DNA of 62,565 nucleotides, filler included, from Chiloscyllium plagiosum (taxonomy: Eukaryota), in the NCBI RefSeq assembly GCF_004010195.1. It is 4 parts of one record of this genome, joined end to end, with 100 filler letters (N's around TTAATTAATTAA, not from the genome) between each part and the next. Parts side by side here need not be neighbours in the genome. Positions count along the whole stretch, not along the records: positions 1 to 28,444 come from NC_057713.1; 3 more parts are not named here. One strand, 5' to 3'. The translations under genes and the position numbers were made by a program. The notes below the pieces were generated by a model that worked only from the letters and a program-made list of their open reading frames with translations, was not told the origin of the DNA and ran no database searches. Within the stretch, counting starts at the first letter, position 1; every line of letters begins with the position of its first letter. Shown piece after piece: positions 11,531 through 24,596 of this stretch.

Positions 11531-13854
11531 TAAAAGGATTGTAAAAGAGTTTCTAGAATTATTTATTAGATACAGACTACCTGCAGAAATGCAATCAGAT
11601 CAAAATACAAATTTTAAATCAAAATTATTTAAGAAATTTATGGATAGCTTTGGAATAAAACAACTCAAATTCATTGAGTGCCATCCAGAATAGCAGGGAG
11701 CATTAGAACAGTAACATTAAACTTTAAAGACAATATTGCAGGCTTGTAGTAAGACTATCCAGAGGATTAGGATAAAGGAATTCCATTGTTACTTTTTCCA
11801 ATTACAGATGCACCAAATGAATCTACTAAATTCAATCCATTAGAACTAGTTTTTGGGCACGAGGTGAAAGGACCACTGAAATTAATTCAGGAAAAATTGG
11901 TGAATCAGAATTTAGAGGTCACACATGTCAAATTTTAGGGAAAGATTAAAAAGAGCAGGTGAGTTAGCTAGACAGCATTTAAAGGTAGGATGAAACAGGA
12001 AGCAAACAAGAGTTTGCTAGTGTATGTAAAATGTTGGTGTTGCTTCCTGTGGTAGGTGAATCTTCAAAAGTAAGGTTCAGTGGGCCTTATCAAATCAAAA
12101 GGAGATTCAGTGAGGTGAATTATTTGATAGGAACACCAGATAGAAATAAATCCCAGAGTATGTCTTGTGAAGGGTATTTTGACAGGGAAGATCAAAAAGA
12201 GAATGTGTTACTTGTTGCAACACAGAGTGAAAAACCAAATTTAGATGATTCTGAACTGGATATTCCGTGAATTAAATTGAATTATGAGGCAGTTCTCAGC
12301 AGTTGGGATAAATTATTCAGTTAAGTTCTAGAGGAAGATGGAAATGAACTGATAGGGTTATTACAATCACATGGGGAGATATGTGTGAATAAACTGGAAA
12401 TTATTAATCTAATTAAGCATGATGTAGATGTAGGAAATGCTGTTCCAATTAAGCAGCATCCTTATAAACATAACCCTGTAAAATTGGCACATGTTCAAAA
12501 AGAGATTGAATATATGCTCAAAGCCAACACAATCAAAGTGAATTCCAGTGACTGGGGCTGACCCATAGTAATGATGCCAAAAGCAGACGGTACCCAATGA
12601 TTATGTGTGGACTAGCACATAATCAGTGCAATTATAAAGTATGATTCATATCCTGTTCCACATTTGGAAGACTGTATTGAGAAGGTGAGACAAGAACTTA
12701 TATTTCAGTTTGGAATTACTTAGACAATACTGGCAGATACCTTAATCTGAAAGAGCGAAGACAATTTCAGCTTTCGTGATAACGAATGGATGATATCAAT
12801 TTAAAGTCAATCCGTTTGGTATGAAAAATGCACCAGCCACATTTCAAAGACTAATCGATAAAATCATTTCTAGATTACCCAATTGTGTAGTTTACATTGA
12901 TGACCTGGTGATTTTTAGTCACACATGGAAGGAGCATTTGCAGCATCTAACAGAATTGTTTGGTCAACTTCAGGAGGTGGGCTTGATGATAAACCTGGCT
13001 AAGAGTGAGTTTGCAAAAGACCAAATCACACTCCTGGAACACGTCATGGGACATGGACAGATGGCCATGCCAGATGTGAAAACAAAGGTTATTGGGGAGT
13101 TTCGGATTACCATCGATAAAAAAGGCAGTACTACAAATCCTGGAATTACATAGTTTTTATTGGAAGTTCTGACCAAATAGTTGCGGTGTGACTGCTCCAC
13201 CAACTGACTTATTGAAGAGATGCAGAAAGTTTCAGTGGTCAGCAGACAGTCAGAAGGCACTGCCCTAGTATTAACCACACCTAATTAAGCAAAACCATTC
13301 AAGATGGCTATCTAATTGTTGATGAGGGTATCCGTACTATTCTCTTGAAAGAAGACGACGAGAAGACAGAAAGACCGAGTGCATATATTTTCCAGAAAAT
13401 TGAATAATCGCCAGTGGAAATATTCCATGATTGAGAAGGAAACCTTGAGCTTGACGTTGGCATTACAAAATTTCAACACTTATATTGCCAGTAGTGTGTC
13501 TGAGACAATTGTATATAATGATCATAACGCATTAAAGCTTTGGAGAAATTTAAGAACAAAATTTTCAGACTGTTTAGATGGAGCTTATTATTGCAGCACT
13601 TCAATTTGAAAATTATACATCTAGCACAATGAGAGAACATAATTGCTGACATATCTTATCAACTGCGCTAAAGGAAGGCAGGCATTTAGTGGCAGAAAAA
13701 TAAACGGACTCAACAAAACTGTAGTAGTGCGTTTCCATGCTTGGAGTCAATGCAATATACACGTATCGTATTGCATGAATAGCATAAGCTAAGGGTTTCT
13801 TTTTAAATGAAGCCTTCTTTGTATATTGATGGTTCATTTTTTAAAGGGGGGTGG

Positions 13855-14474
13855 TGTGACAATACTGTGGCTTTAAGAGGTGTGTTTTGTCCTGGTTTGT
13901 TTTAGAGAGAGATTGGGGGACAGGCGCTGCGTAATCTATGAGAAGGTAAAAACTTGTGAGACCTTGGGAGTTTTTTCTTTAATCTTTGGAAGAATAGAAG
14001 TAGTCTGAGTAGGTGTGGTCAAGCTCTCACAGATCCAGTAGTTTTAGTTAGCTTTCGGCAGTTGTTGCTGGGGTGTCAGCAGAATTGGAAGGTGGTGAAT
14101 CTCTCTCAGCATTGTCTTTTTGATGTTCCATCTTTCTGGATTGGTGAACTGCATGTGAGACAATCTGTTTTCTGAATTTGCCTTTTTGTCAACAGTGTGC
14201 TAATGGGTTTACTGTATTGGAGCAGTTAATTAGTAACAGTTATTGTATCTATTATTCTGTTAAGTTTTCCAATAGAATTCAGTTATTCCAAATTTGTTTG
14301 TTGTATTTTAACTATCGTGTTTGAATAAATTGTGTTTTGCATAATGTTGAGTAGTTTGACCAATCAAATTACATCTGAAACAGAGCACCTGACATTTACC
14401 TTTAATATATGCAAAAGTTAGGGCCCAGGCTACGTTTCTAATATATTTTGAGGGGGCCTGTCTGGACCATAACA
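13855..14474 (+). repeat. 3' LTR of the Gmr1-like element
   Basis: TGTGACAATACTGTGGCT...GGACCATAACA, preceded by polypurine tract. Confidence 0.9.
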
Positions 14475-14477
14475 GTC

Positions 14478-14625
14478 AAAAGCCTGGTAAATCCTTTCTA
14501 ACAGCACTGTGGGTGTCCCCGACACTCCAAGATCTGGGACGGTTCAAGACACAGCTCATCAAATTATGAATGGGCAATTATGAATGGGCAATAAATACTG
14601 ACCTGACCAACAAAGGCCATGTCCA
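14478..14625 (+). mobile_element. 3' end of a second LINE family (CR1/L2 group)
   Basis: ctaacagcactgtgggtgt...ggttcaaga...gggcaataaat motif shared with copies at about 19.2 kb and 29.6 kb. Confidence 0.6.
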
Positions 14626-14732
14626 ATTAAATTTTTAAAAATGAATTTAGTTAGGCTTTAACTTGCTGCAGCTGTGGCTTCTCTTGAAATTTCCCAGGAA
14701 ATGGCTGTCTACCCCTGTCCCCCTCACTTGTA

Positions 14733-14949
14733 CAGGGGATCCCAATTTATGAACATCCAACTTATGAATCTTCGTACATAAGAGCACAATTTCATATGGG
14801 AGTGTAATTTTACAGACCTAACATACAAACATTTCCTGCACTTATGCATGGCTCCTTTATATTGGCCTGCATTGTGTCCTTAGTTGCACACAAATTGAAT
14901 TGTGAACAGAAATCAGGACAGGGCCAGCTCACAACTCAAGGATTGTCTG
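14733..14949. mobile_element. Old Tigger/pogo-like MITE
   Basis: TA-CAGGGGATCCCAATTTATGAAC ... GCTCACAACTCAAGGATTGTCTG-TA, imperfect TIRs with TA flanks. Confidence 0.5.
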
Positions 14950-16157
14950 TATTGCAATATGCAGGAACACGCATTTCATTTTATTGTCACTAAAGCCCTT
15001 ATTTCATGAGACAGATGGCCAAATAATTTTACTTTTAAAAAGGTCTAGGCATGTGAAAGTGAAAGAGACCAAACTATCTATCATCACAAAAGCCTCAGTG
15101 GTAACATAACCAAGCATTGACAATTAGCTAATTGTACATAGCCAAAAACAGGAAAGTGTATTCTTCCTCAACTACACAATTCATGGAAACTACAGTATGC
15201 ATTGTACCAAATTACAAATGGTTGAATATCTCAATGGTAAAGTGGGTAGTAATCCATTTATAGTTCATTTCTCTGGTTTTGTCTCATTTCTTAGCTGTAC
15301 TCCTTGTGACAAACTCCAGGCTTTGTCCAACTATGAGATAGGCTAGATTAGCTAAGGAAGGACTGTTCCTGTTCTAAATGTTTATTATACTGGCAAATAT
15401 GGTTTACACCTTTGCACGACAGCACAGTATTTGCATGTTAACAGCCTGTGTGGGTGAGCTTTACTCAGGATGTGCACCCACAAGTTAACAAAAAAACAAT
15501 GGGCTGATTTTAATCTTTGACAGCTGTACGCTTTGTATTAATAGTTGTTGATGCTACTGCTAAACTGCGAAATCATTCTTAGATTCCAAGAACTGAATAT
15601 CACTATTGTTGTTTAAGATTGTCTACCAATGTAGGAAAATGAAAGGCTGTACTGTATCCCTGAGGAATGTTTAAAATCTGATTTAAATCAAAGGAATCAA
15701 TGTGAGACAGGGCAGGAAATTGGTGCCTGTGGACAATATTCCAAGGATGATCCAATCTCATGCATTATGATAACTTAAATTCAAAAGTCCCTTCTTCACA
15801 ATCTACAGATGGTTGAAAGTCCTGCATTTTATTGTGTGTGTGTTTGTGTTTAAGTATCTCAGACTGAGGGTCACATTCTCATGGCAAGAATCCCCATGTG
15901 GAATCTTTTAATGCACATAGTTTTGGTTAACCAGGAGACTCTCCTGCTCTCATCACCTGTCATGGGCGCATCAGAAAAATTGATAATCAACCTATTTGGC
16001 AATGTTTTGGAAAATCGTCAATCTTAAAATGGGAGTTGAAATGAGAACTTCAGGCCCAGAGGTATGGACATTATCATCGTGCTCCCAGGTCTCCCTTTTG
16101 TTAAACCTTCCTTTGACTGTTCCATTGGACCACGTGGTTTAGTTTGTAAAATAACTC

Positions 16158-16383
16158 TGTGAAGGCTGATATCCTGTCACCAAGTCACACTTTATTTGTA
16201 TCTGCATAGTACATGACACTGACCCAGTTAGCACAGAGCTGGCTCTGAGAGTGAGCAGAACCCCAGACACTCCTGTTTATATTTATCAGCCAGGATTCCC
16301 TGATTTGACCAGATTTGACAGCCCCAATCAGGAAACTCATTTTTTATAAGGACCACCTGGCTGACCTCATTCCAATCACTGCA
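16158..16383 (-). mobile_element. Probable short solo LTR
   Basis: TG...CA ends; minus-strand TATAAA (about 16277) followed by AATAAA (about 16191); no clean TSD. Confidence 0.5.
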
Positions 16384-16899
16384 GTTTTAAAATGCAATAT
16401 TACTGAAAACCACTGATGCTGTTGGATGGATGTTCATGCAACAGTCAGCACCTCCATCCCCCATTCACACAACTATTCCCAAAGACAAGCTGGAGAGATC
16501 ACATTCAACCTGCAGAAAATCAAGTAATAGTTCCGTGTAGAATGAATCATGGGGCCAGAACATCATCATTGGGTCCAATTCCTCGTGGGCTGAAAAGGAT
16601 CTATGCTTCAGAAATTCTAATGCACACAGAATCAGGGAAATAAACTCCATAAATATTACCCACGGACTTGCTGGGCCAATAGGAGGCACTTCCAATCCCT
16701 TTCATGGGATCATGCCCAGCAAAAAAGGCACACCAACAGAAAAATGGACAAGGTTGCAGAACAGAGGATAAGGCTCTTGGTGTCTGTTACATGATGTATC
16801 TGATAGCACACATTATTAAATTCAAAGAGCCTGTGCTGATATTCACAGACCAGTCACACTCTTCCAAGGAATGGAAACATTTGTGATTTACAAATGCCA

Positions 16900-17716
16900 C
16901 TGGTTACTTCAGAACTTTGAAAAGACATTGACACGTTGGTGCAGTGAGGAGGAAGATGGCAAATGAAATTCATCACGGAGTGGTGATTCACGTTAGTATG
17001 AAGAAGTTGGGGAGACAGAATAAAATTAAGTGTACTATTCTAAAGGGGCAGAGACACCTGACTGTATATATACATAAGTCATTAAGGATAGTAGATGTGC
17101 GGTGTGAGCTGTCAATAAAATATGCAATATTCTAAGCTTCATAAATAAAAGCATAGACTCTAAGAGCGGGGGTATGATGATTTTATTATGAGACATTGCT
17201 TAGGCCTCCGTTGGAGTAATATATTCTGTCTGGGCACCATACTATGTTGGAAATGTGAATGCGTTAAAAAGAATACAGAAGAGGTTCATGAGAATGGTTT
17301 CAGACACCTCAGTTATGAAGAAAACGTGGTAAATTTGGGACTATCTTCCTTGGAGACAATGGATTTGACAGAAGTTTTCAAAATTGAGAGGCCTGCACTG
17401 AGTGCAGAGGGGGAACTTCACACTTGTACACGGATTAAGAATATGAGGCCACAGTTGTAAAGTGTTGTTCAAAAGAAGCAAATGTGAGGCAAGCAAAAGC
17501 TTTTTCACATTGTGAGTACCTAGAATATAGAATGAACTGCTGGAAGTATGATGGACACAGGCTCAAGTGAGGCATAAAGGAGGGCATGAGGTGATTTTTA
17601 AAGCAATGTGCAGGGTTACAGGGGAAAAACAGGAGATTGGCACCAAGTTAAAATGCTCAAAGAGTTGGTGCAGACACAATAATCTTCTCCTGCAATGTAT
17701 CAATTCTGTGATTCTG
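16900..17716 (+). mobile_element. Highly decayed CR1 3' half
   Basis: Remnants of WQMKF, RPPLE, LSYEE..LGLSSLE, DLTEVFKI and CR1-like tail attctgtgattct. Confidence 0.7.
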
Positions 17717-18374
17717 CTCCCAGTGAACTCTAATGGCCACCCTTGTTTAGTCAAAGAACTTTTAACCTCTTGGCCATGAAGGCCCAATAGCCCCCTGCAA
17801 CTGTGGATTAATTGATAAATTCACTCACACAATAGAAGAGAGCATTGGTCATCTCCTTTGTGATATGGCACATATGTTACTGATGAAGTCCTGAAAAGCA
17901 CCATTGGTAAAACAATTGTGTGACACAGTCACATTGAGGGCCACTGGCCTAGGGTTCCTGTCATGTCTACAAGGCTACAGGTCTGGCTGCACATTCCCAC
18001 AGATGCAGTGAACACTGCCCAAACTGCCTCAATGGTCTCTCACAGTGTATCTCCAACAGGTGGAGGTATTTTGTTATTGTCCTGTCAACATAGCGATACC
18101 ATGTGCCTGTTTTTAATGGCGCTTTCTCTGGATGAATGCATCATGACTAGCCTTGCCCTCTGGTGCTGCCTACTTCTGGCATCCCTTACTAAATGAATCT
18201 CCCCACTATTAGCGTGAATGTTACACCTTCCTGTCAGCACCCTTAGCCAGAATCACAGGATACCACGGACCCCACCCTATAGGTCACTCATAGGTTCAGC
18301 CCTTGACATAAAGACAGCATTGAGTGAATGTGGCACTGAGAAGCCTTAACAAAAATTTAAGGTCTCCATTTTAA

Positions 18375-19270
18375 GGTCAGAAGTGGGGATATTCATTGAG
18401 GACCAAATAATGTTTGCCAACCCTAGTGACTCTTCAGATACTCAAGCAGTCTGTATCCATCTGCAACAAGATCTGGACAACATCCCAGCTCAGACTGATA
18501 AATAGCAAGTAATATTCACACCAGACAAGTGCTAGGCAATGTCTATCTCCAACAAAAGAGAACCTAACCATTTTCCCATAAGATTGAAAGGCATTGCCAT
18601 CATTGCATTTTCCCAGCATCAACATCCTGGGTGAGCCATAATTGGACCAGAAATATAACTGGATCACCTATATAAATACTGTGGCTGGAAGAGAAGCTTA
18701 GGCTACTAATCCTCCAGTGCGTAACTCACCACCTAAAGCCTGTCCATAATGTACAAGGCACAAGTCAGAGTCTGACTGGAGGTCTGTGACCAGTAATGTT
18801 CCACAAGGATCAGTTCTGAGACCTCTACTTCAAATGGCATCATAGTTGGCATAGACATGCTGGGCCAAAATGCCTGTTTCTGTGCTGTACTATCTACATT
18901 CTTTATTCAATCCGTCAGTCATCAGCACTTAGTAACAGCAGTGTGCACCAAATAGAAGATGCATTACAGCAACTTACTAAGTTTCCTTGGGTAAACCCTT
19001 CCAAACACATGATTAATACTGCCCAGGACGGTATAGGAAACAGAGACATGGGAATACCATCACTAGCAAATCCCCTTCCAAGCCACTCACCATCCTGACC
19101 TGGAAATACGTTGTCATTCTTTCAAAGTCACTGAGTCAAAATCTGGAAGAGTGCTCCCTAATAGCACTTGGGATTTGGTAGCTCAAGAAGACAATTCTTA
19201 AACAACTCCTCCGGACTAATTAGGAATAACCAACAAATGGTGCCTTGTCAGTGAGACTGAAATCCTCTGA
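18375..19270 (+). mobile_element. Decayed CR1/L2-group LINE 3' part with embedded CR1 bits (about 18772-18900)
   Basis: QQDLDNIPA..QVIFTPDKC, YKAQVR, and family 3' end; the inner piece reads VPQGSVL plus CR1 3'UTR. Confidence 0.7.
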
Positions 19271-20774
19271 AAAAATACATATAAAGTAATCACTCATCTT
19301 CATAGAAAGAGGCTGTACTTCAATCTGATCTGGGTGTCATCCAGTGAGTTATCCATCTATAATTATAAATCACATGAGAAAGCAATGAGGAGTAAGATTT
19401 ATTGCTTTCAAACTTCTCCTTTCTCTTCTCTTATTACAAAGACACAGAAAATGAATGAGAAGATCTGGAGGGAGACCTATCCCAAAATTCACAGAGCCAG
19501 TGAAAGTGATCTTTTAAAACAACAGGATTGGCTATCTTAAGCATTTGGCACATTGTGGAGATGGAATCACAAATGTATTAGTCCTACCAAATGCGAAACA
19601 GTTAATTTTTTTTAGCTGTCATCATAAATAGAATTCATGATGTGATAGACATCTAACATCAGGCTGACAAGTAATGAAACTCAAACGTCCTGTTCAGTTC
19701 TCATACTACCTCATTTCTCAAAAAGTGAGTCAAATTTGTGACCTCTCAAACTACATTCATTACTGCTAGAGCTATCAGATTTACTGGAAAACTAGTTGAC
19801 TAACTTGTGTAAATCTAACCTAGAGAAAAGGATCAAAGTCGCCTCCAAATATCAGTTACATAGTATAAATTCCGGATATTTCTACACTAACAGGTCATTT
19901 GACCCAACTAGTTCTTGTTAGTATTTATCCTTCATGACCAATCCAAAGCAGCTTTCCTAGCCTGATCTCTATCATGTGTTCTACTTTTCCTTCATCCACT
20001 AATCCAATTTAACCTCAAAGTTGACATAAAGTGAGAGATTTCATCCTCTCAGGATTGCTTGGTCCATTAAGGGGACTGTTAAATGGGTGCCAAGTCATGG
20101 CACTGGGCCTAATGCCTAGCTACTTACCTACACACACTGGTATTTTATCAGCAGCAGTGATCCATGAATAGCCCACCCATCCTGGGGCCAATTGAAAGCT
20201 AATTGCCCACTTAAGGTCCCACTCCTGCCATCATGGATCCATTCCCCATCCAGGATAAACCAGCTACTATAGTGTCCAATATGAGGGGTGATGCTATAGT
20301 GGAAATGTTCTTGCACTGGCAGCCAGGGCATGTACCTTCAGGAGGTATTGAGCTCTTAGGTAGGTAAACACATGAGGAAGAACAGAAGCATTTGTATTAA
20401 GTTTACCTTTCCTCAATTCATTAACCACACAAGCTGCAATCAATATTCTTAGGTATTTGGCAGACAAGTCAATGGACTATGAAACAAACACCAAAGACTG
20501 CCTCCTGCAATGTTAAGTTTTGATTATGCTTCTTTACAACTGATTATTAATAATTTGCATCTAGGAGAAGCAGAATCAACTATAATTATGCAAAATCAGA
20601 TTGGGATTGTTGCCTTCTGCCCCTTGCCCTATCTCCCTTAAATCCAAAAGCGGGTGAGTTAGAGGAGAGTTGTGTTAAGTTTGAGATTTTTAAAGATTTA
20701 TTGAAATCTGCCCATTACTTTTCAACTGGAAATAATTATTTTTCTTCATCTTTTTAGACTTCCTGCTCACAGTG

Positions 20775-20990
20775 AAGGACATCTTGTGGCACTGTAAGAG
20801 CATCCTGAACTCTGGACCAGAAACTTCAGTTTGAGTCCCACTTCAGGACTGCATGGTCATGGAAGCTCCATGCAAAATGTGACTAAGCAGGTTAATTATT
20901 AATCTATAAGTCCTTCTGAGAAAACCAAATGAGTGTCCTAGTCAGCTGTCCTGTAGAAGGCAATGGCAATCACAGTAGTACTTTGCCCAA
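20775..20990 (+). mobile_element. Old tRNA-headed SINE with RTE-like 3' segment
   Basis: A/B-box-like head (cttgtggcac...gtttgagtccc) and gaaggcaatggcaatcacagtagtactttgcc resembling the RTE/BovB 5' motif. Confidence 0.45.
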
Positions 20991-21047
20991 AAGCATAGAC
21001 CTATTTAATGGAAGCTAATATCCCAACCCTCTGAAGCAAGGGCAGGA

Positions 21048-21268
21048 TTTGAGTTGATTTGATTTGTTATTTTCACATGTACTGAGACATAGTGAAAATA
21101 TTGTTATCCAGGCAAATCATACTTTAAATAACTCCATCACAGTAATAGACAGAATACAGAACATCGTGTCACAGCTACAGAGAAGGTGTAGAGAAACATC
21201 AACTTTAATATATGAGAGGTCCATTTAAAAGCCTAATAACAGCAGGGAAGAATTTGTACTTGAATCTC
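21048..21268 (-). mobile_element. LINE 3' end with (AAATC)n tail (L2 or Rex-like)
   Basis: Reverse-complement homolog of the fragment at about 30450-30580. Confidence 0.6.
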
Positions 21269-21680
21269 TTAGAAGCAAGGAGGAAAGACAGGCAGACTCT
21301 TGGTAGTGGCAGATAACCTTTCACTTGAAAATGAGAAAAAAAATCACATATATTTTCTGAAAACCAGTTTGTCCAGTAGAAGATAAGGGACTTGAACCCA
21401 AATCTACTGATTTTAGAATATCAGTGAGAGCTGCAGCTACCGAGCACATATCAGTGTACACTTGGTGTAAAGGTCGATTGTCCGTTTTTAAAGATTTCTC
21501 CCAGACCTTTTGAATCTTTACATTTAGAAGAGTTATACTGTTTTTATGCATTTTAATAGTATTGTAATTTTCACAAAAAATTCCTGTGCTTTCCAAAGCT
21601 TCCAGTTCAGTTTATGCCCATACTATTCTTCTTTTATTTAGTTCAAGCTGACATTTATCTCCTCTACCAAACACCTTCAG

Positions 21681-21994
21681 TTAGATTAGATTTAGATTCC
21701 TTACAGTGTGGAAACAGTCCCTTCGCCCCAACACTGACCCTCTGAAGAGTAACCCACCCAGAGCCATTTCCCTCTGACCAATGCACCTAACACGATGGGC
21801 AATTTAGTATGGCCAATCCACCTGACCTGCACATCTTTGGACTGTGGGAGGAAACCGGAGCACCCAGAGAAAACCCATGCAGAAACGGGGAGAATGTGCA
21901 AACTCCACACAGACTGTTGCCCGAGGCTGGAATCGAAACTGGGTCCCTGGTGCCGTGAGGCAGCAGTGCTGACCACTGAGCCACCATGCCGCCC
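21681..21994 (-). mobile_element. HE1-type V-SINE
   Basis: Collinear with 9968-10296; tRNA head, V-domain, (TCTAA)n tail. Confidence 0.93.
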
Positions 21995-22090
21995 ATATTG
22001 TATTGTATTGTTTGTATTGCACTTTCGTTTTCCCTCTCTCTTATTCTTTCTTTCTCTCTCTATAATTTAAAAATTCTCCCTTTCCCTATA

Positions 22091-22249
22091 CAGAGGAACC
22101 TTGATTATCCGAACAACACGGGCAAGGAGTATTTTGTTCAGATAATCGAATGCCGGATAACACAGTTTAGCCAAGCATCAGGACCTTGTGGTCTTGTCTG
22201 GATAATCTGAAATTCGGACAGTCGAATGCCAGATAATCGAGTTCCTCTG
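22091..22249. mobile_element. Tigger/pogo-like MITE, 159 bp
   Basis: TA-CAGAGGAACCTTGATTATCC ... AGATAATCGAGTTCCTCTG-TA TIRs, internal GATAATC repeats, TA TSD. Confidence 0.85.
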
Positions 22250-22429
22250 TATATAATATCTCTGTTATGTCTATCTTGATACTGATTATTGAGACCCCAT
22301 ATTGCCTGAAATGTTTAAATAACTGAAGTAAATTTTATATACAGAAGTAGCCAGAATAATTGTGATGTTGCACACCACAATTATATTTTGAGTTCTTTTA
22401 CTTTAAAATGCCTTTCAATTTCTTTTGGC

Positions 22430-22600
22430 TGGTGACCAATAAACCCTATCTGGTGACCATTCTGTGTTTGTGAAATTGTAGCATCCAACTGCATTCTGCA
22501 ACCAATCAGGCTGGAGAAGGCTACAAACAAGTTCGTGACAAATATAATCAACAGGAAGTTGTTTGGAGCATTTGGAGAGCTCTCTTTGCTGAAGCGGTAT
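22430..22600 (+). promoter_or_regulatory. Candidate Pol II promoter
   Basis: CCAAT at 22436 and 22502 (ACCAATCAG), AATATAAT at 22541, ETS-type ACAGGAAGT at 22551, in repeat-free sequence just upstream of a leader-like exon. Confidence 0.4.
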
Positions 22601-22663
22601 TGCTGCAACTTTTAGACCATTCCTGTTTTTTTTGCCTGATTCTGGCATTTCAAATCACCATCA

Positions 22664-22721
22664 ATGTCATGGTTAACATATTATCTTGGTCTTTTTCCTG
22701 GGCTGTTTCTGTTGCAGAGGG
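22664..22721 (+). CDS. Probable first coding exon: signal-peptide-like leader MSWLTYYLGLFPGLFLLQR(G), phase-1 intron; gene not identified
   Basis: ATG 22664, 19 codons plus 1 nt, hydrophobic core, consensus donor G|GTAAGT at 22722, in-frame upstream TGA at 22637. Confidence 0.5.
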
Positions 22722-24596
22722 GTAAGTACGAAGTTGACTTTAATATCTAAGTAAGGTTAAAACCAGTTTTGTGCTGCTCAATGTTTTTTTAGTATGAGGA
22801 TTAGGTTAAACTTTGCATATGAATGACTAATGCTGAATGAATGCTTTGTGTTCATTTAAACTCTACATTGCTAGAAGTTATTGCACAAACTTTGGACAAA
22901 ATAAAAATAAACAAAATTTCTAAATAAGGAATGTGATTTTTATTGACTGAGTCAATTAATACAAATGCATTTTGCAACTCTCAAGTTGTAGAAAATGAAT
23001 ATTTTTTGTAATTCTGCATCAATAGTGTATTATACTTAAATAAATAAGGGTGTGTGTAACATAATATTATGTTCCATGTAATGAAAATTAGTAGTTTTTC
23101 TCTGAAAGAAATAAATAAAATTTAATCGAATAAGAATTTTAGCATTTAAATTTCTGTGCCACTTCAGTGAACCACTGAACATTATTCTAGGTTTGAAAAT
23201 GTTCAGGTTCAATAACTAATGCTTTCTGCCAAATTCCTGTTTATTCATCTGATCAGACTGAAAATGAAAGTATGTAAAAAGTTCCAAGATTAGATTCTCA
23301 CTTTTCTAATTCCTATAAAGACAAATACTTTTTAAAATGTTCAAACTGAGTGACTGAACACATCACACAAATTTTCAAGTTTCAGACTTGTGCTTTAACT
23401 GAATAAAAGTAACATTGACAAAATAGGTATTTATGGTCTAAACTACAGAAAAGATTTTCCAGTTAATATTTTGAAATAACAAAATCCCTCCATTGTTATT
23501 TCATCTGTTGGAAAAATCCTTAGTTCTTCCAGAACTAGTCTAGCATGACTCTCAACACCCTAGGGGTTCCTTTCTTTGCCACTTGCAGCTCTGAAACATG
23601 TAGTCCTTGAACTGGTTTTCACAATAAATGGCAAGTTGAAGACTCATTCCCCTGCCAAAGCCGTGCCAATCTTTCATTCTTGTTCAAACATTTGTGTTGG
23701 TTCCTTTTAGTCCAAGTATAAGCTTTCACATGAATGCTGTCTAGTCAACAATACAGACAATCTACCTCTATTTCTCTCCTTTAGATCCTTGTAGACTGAC
23801 CGTGCCTTTGATGCTAAATGATATTTTTAGCAAACCTCCACCTGATTCTAAGTGGACTCCAATGTACTCTTTCCCTCTCAAAACCAACCTCCACCACAAT
23901 GTGAATCATATAGGCCTCATACGGTAGCCTCCAGATCGCCAACGTTTTTCTTTCTTTGAATTAAATAGCTTGAAGTATAACTGTTTACAATGAATGCCAT
24001 TCCCAACATATTCCTGGGCTTTAGATACAAAAGTTCTATCCACTATCAGCAAAGCTAATTGGTCATTGTTTACTGGTGTCAATGTAATGTCCATTTGGTC
24101 AAAAAAACAACTTAGGTTAAACCATTAAACTATTAACACCCAAACTATCTAAACCTGGTGTGCAGAATTTAGAATTCACATGATTCTCTGCATTCTTTAA
24201 TTTTTCCTTGACTTAAACAGAGTTTGGAACAAAACATTCCTTAGACTTCATACTTGTAGCATCAATCAGTGCTTATACAGCAGGACTAAATTAATATCTT
24301 ACTACAACGTTTTAAAATTAATTTCTACGCAATCCAAACAAAATCTCTTTGGAGACATGTTTACGTGATAGTTGGGTTATATTTTGGAGCATACAATTTA
24401 CATGCATGTCATGTAAATTCTAACTAGTATTTATTTATAATTAACCTTATGTTAAGAACAATATATAACTAAATTGAATTTATATTTATGTATGTAAAGA
24501 AGGGGGAGACGTTATTTTATGTTTGTTCTGTATGTGATGGCAGCCAGCAAGTCTTGCATTTTTGCTTTTTCCCACGCATTTTAATTTCTTGGAATA

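Larger units (their letters stand above)
7202..14474 (+). mobile_element. Decayed full-length Gmr1-like Ty3/Gypsy LTR retrotransposon (gag-PR-IN-RT-RH)
   Basis: TG..CA LTRs 7202-7817 and 13855-14474; near-TSD GCCA/GTCA; purine tract AAAGGGGGGTGG before the 3' LTR; knuckle CFHCDNVGHMKSQC (9034-9075); protease-like ILRNTIACQSL (about 9300); integrase GHLG, LIDCVG, QSDQNTNF, FSGPY (10340-12090); RT MKNAPATFQR..YIDD (12893); RNase H YSMIEKETL. Confidence 0.93.

Noticed and set aside
21321..21596. 91-aa minus ORF in apparently unique DNA
   Set aside because: Non-ATG start, no domain, contains a decayed tRNA-SINE-like B box (gggttcaagtccc), weak splice signals.
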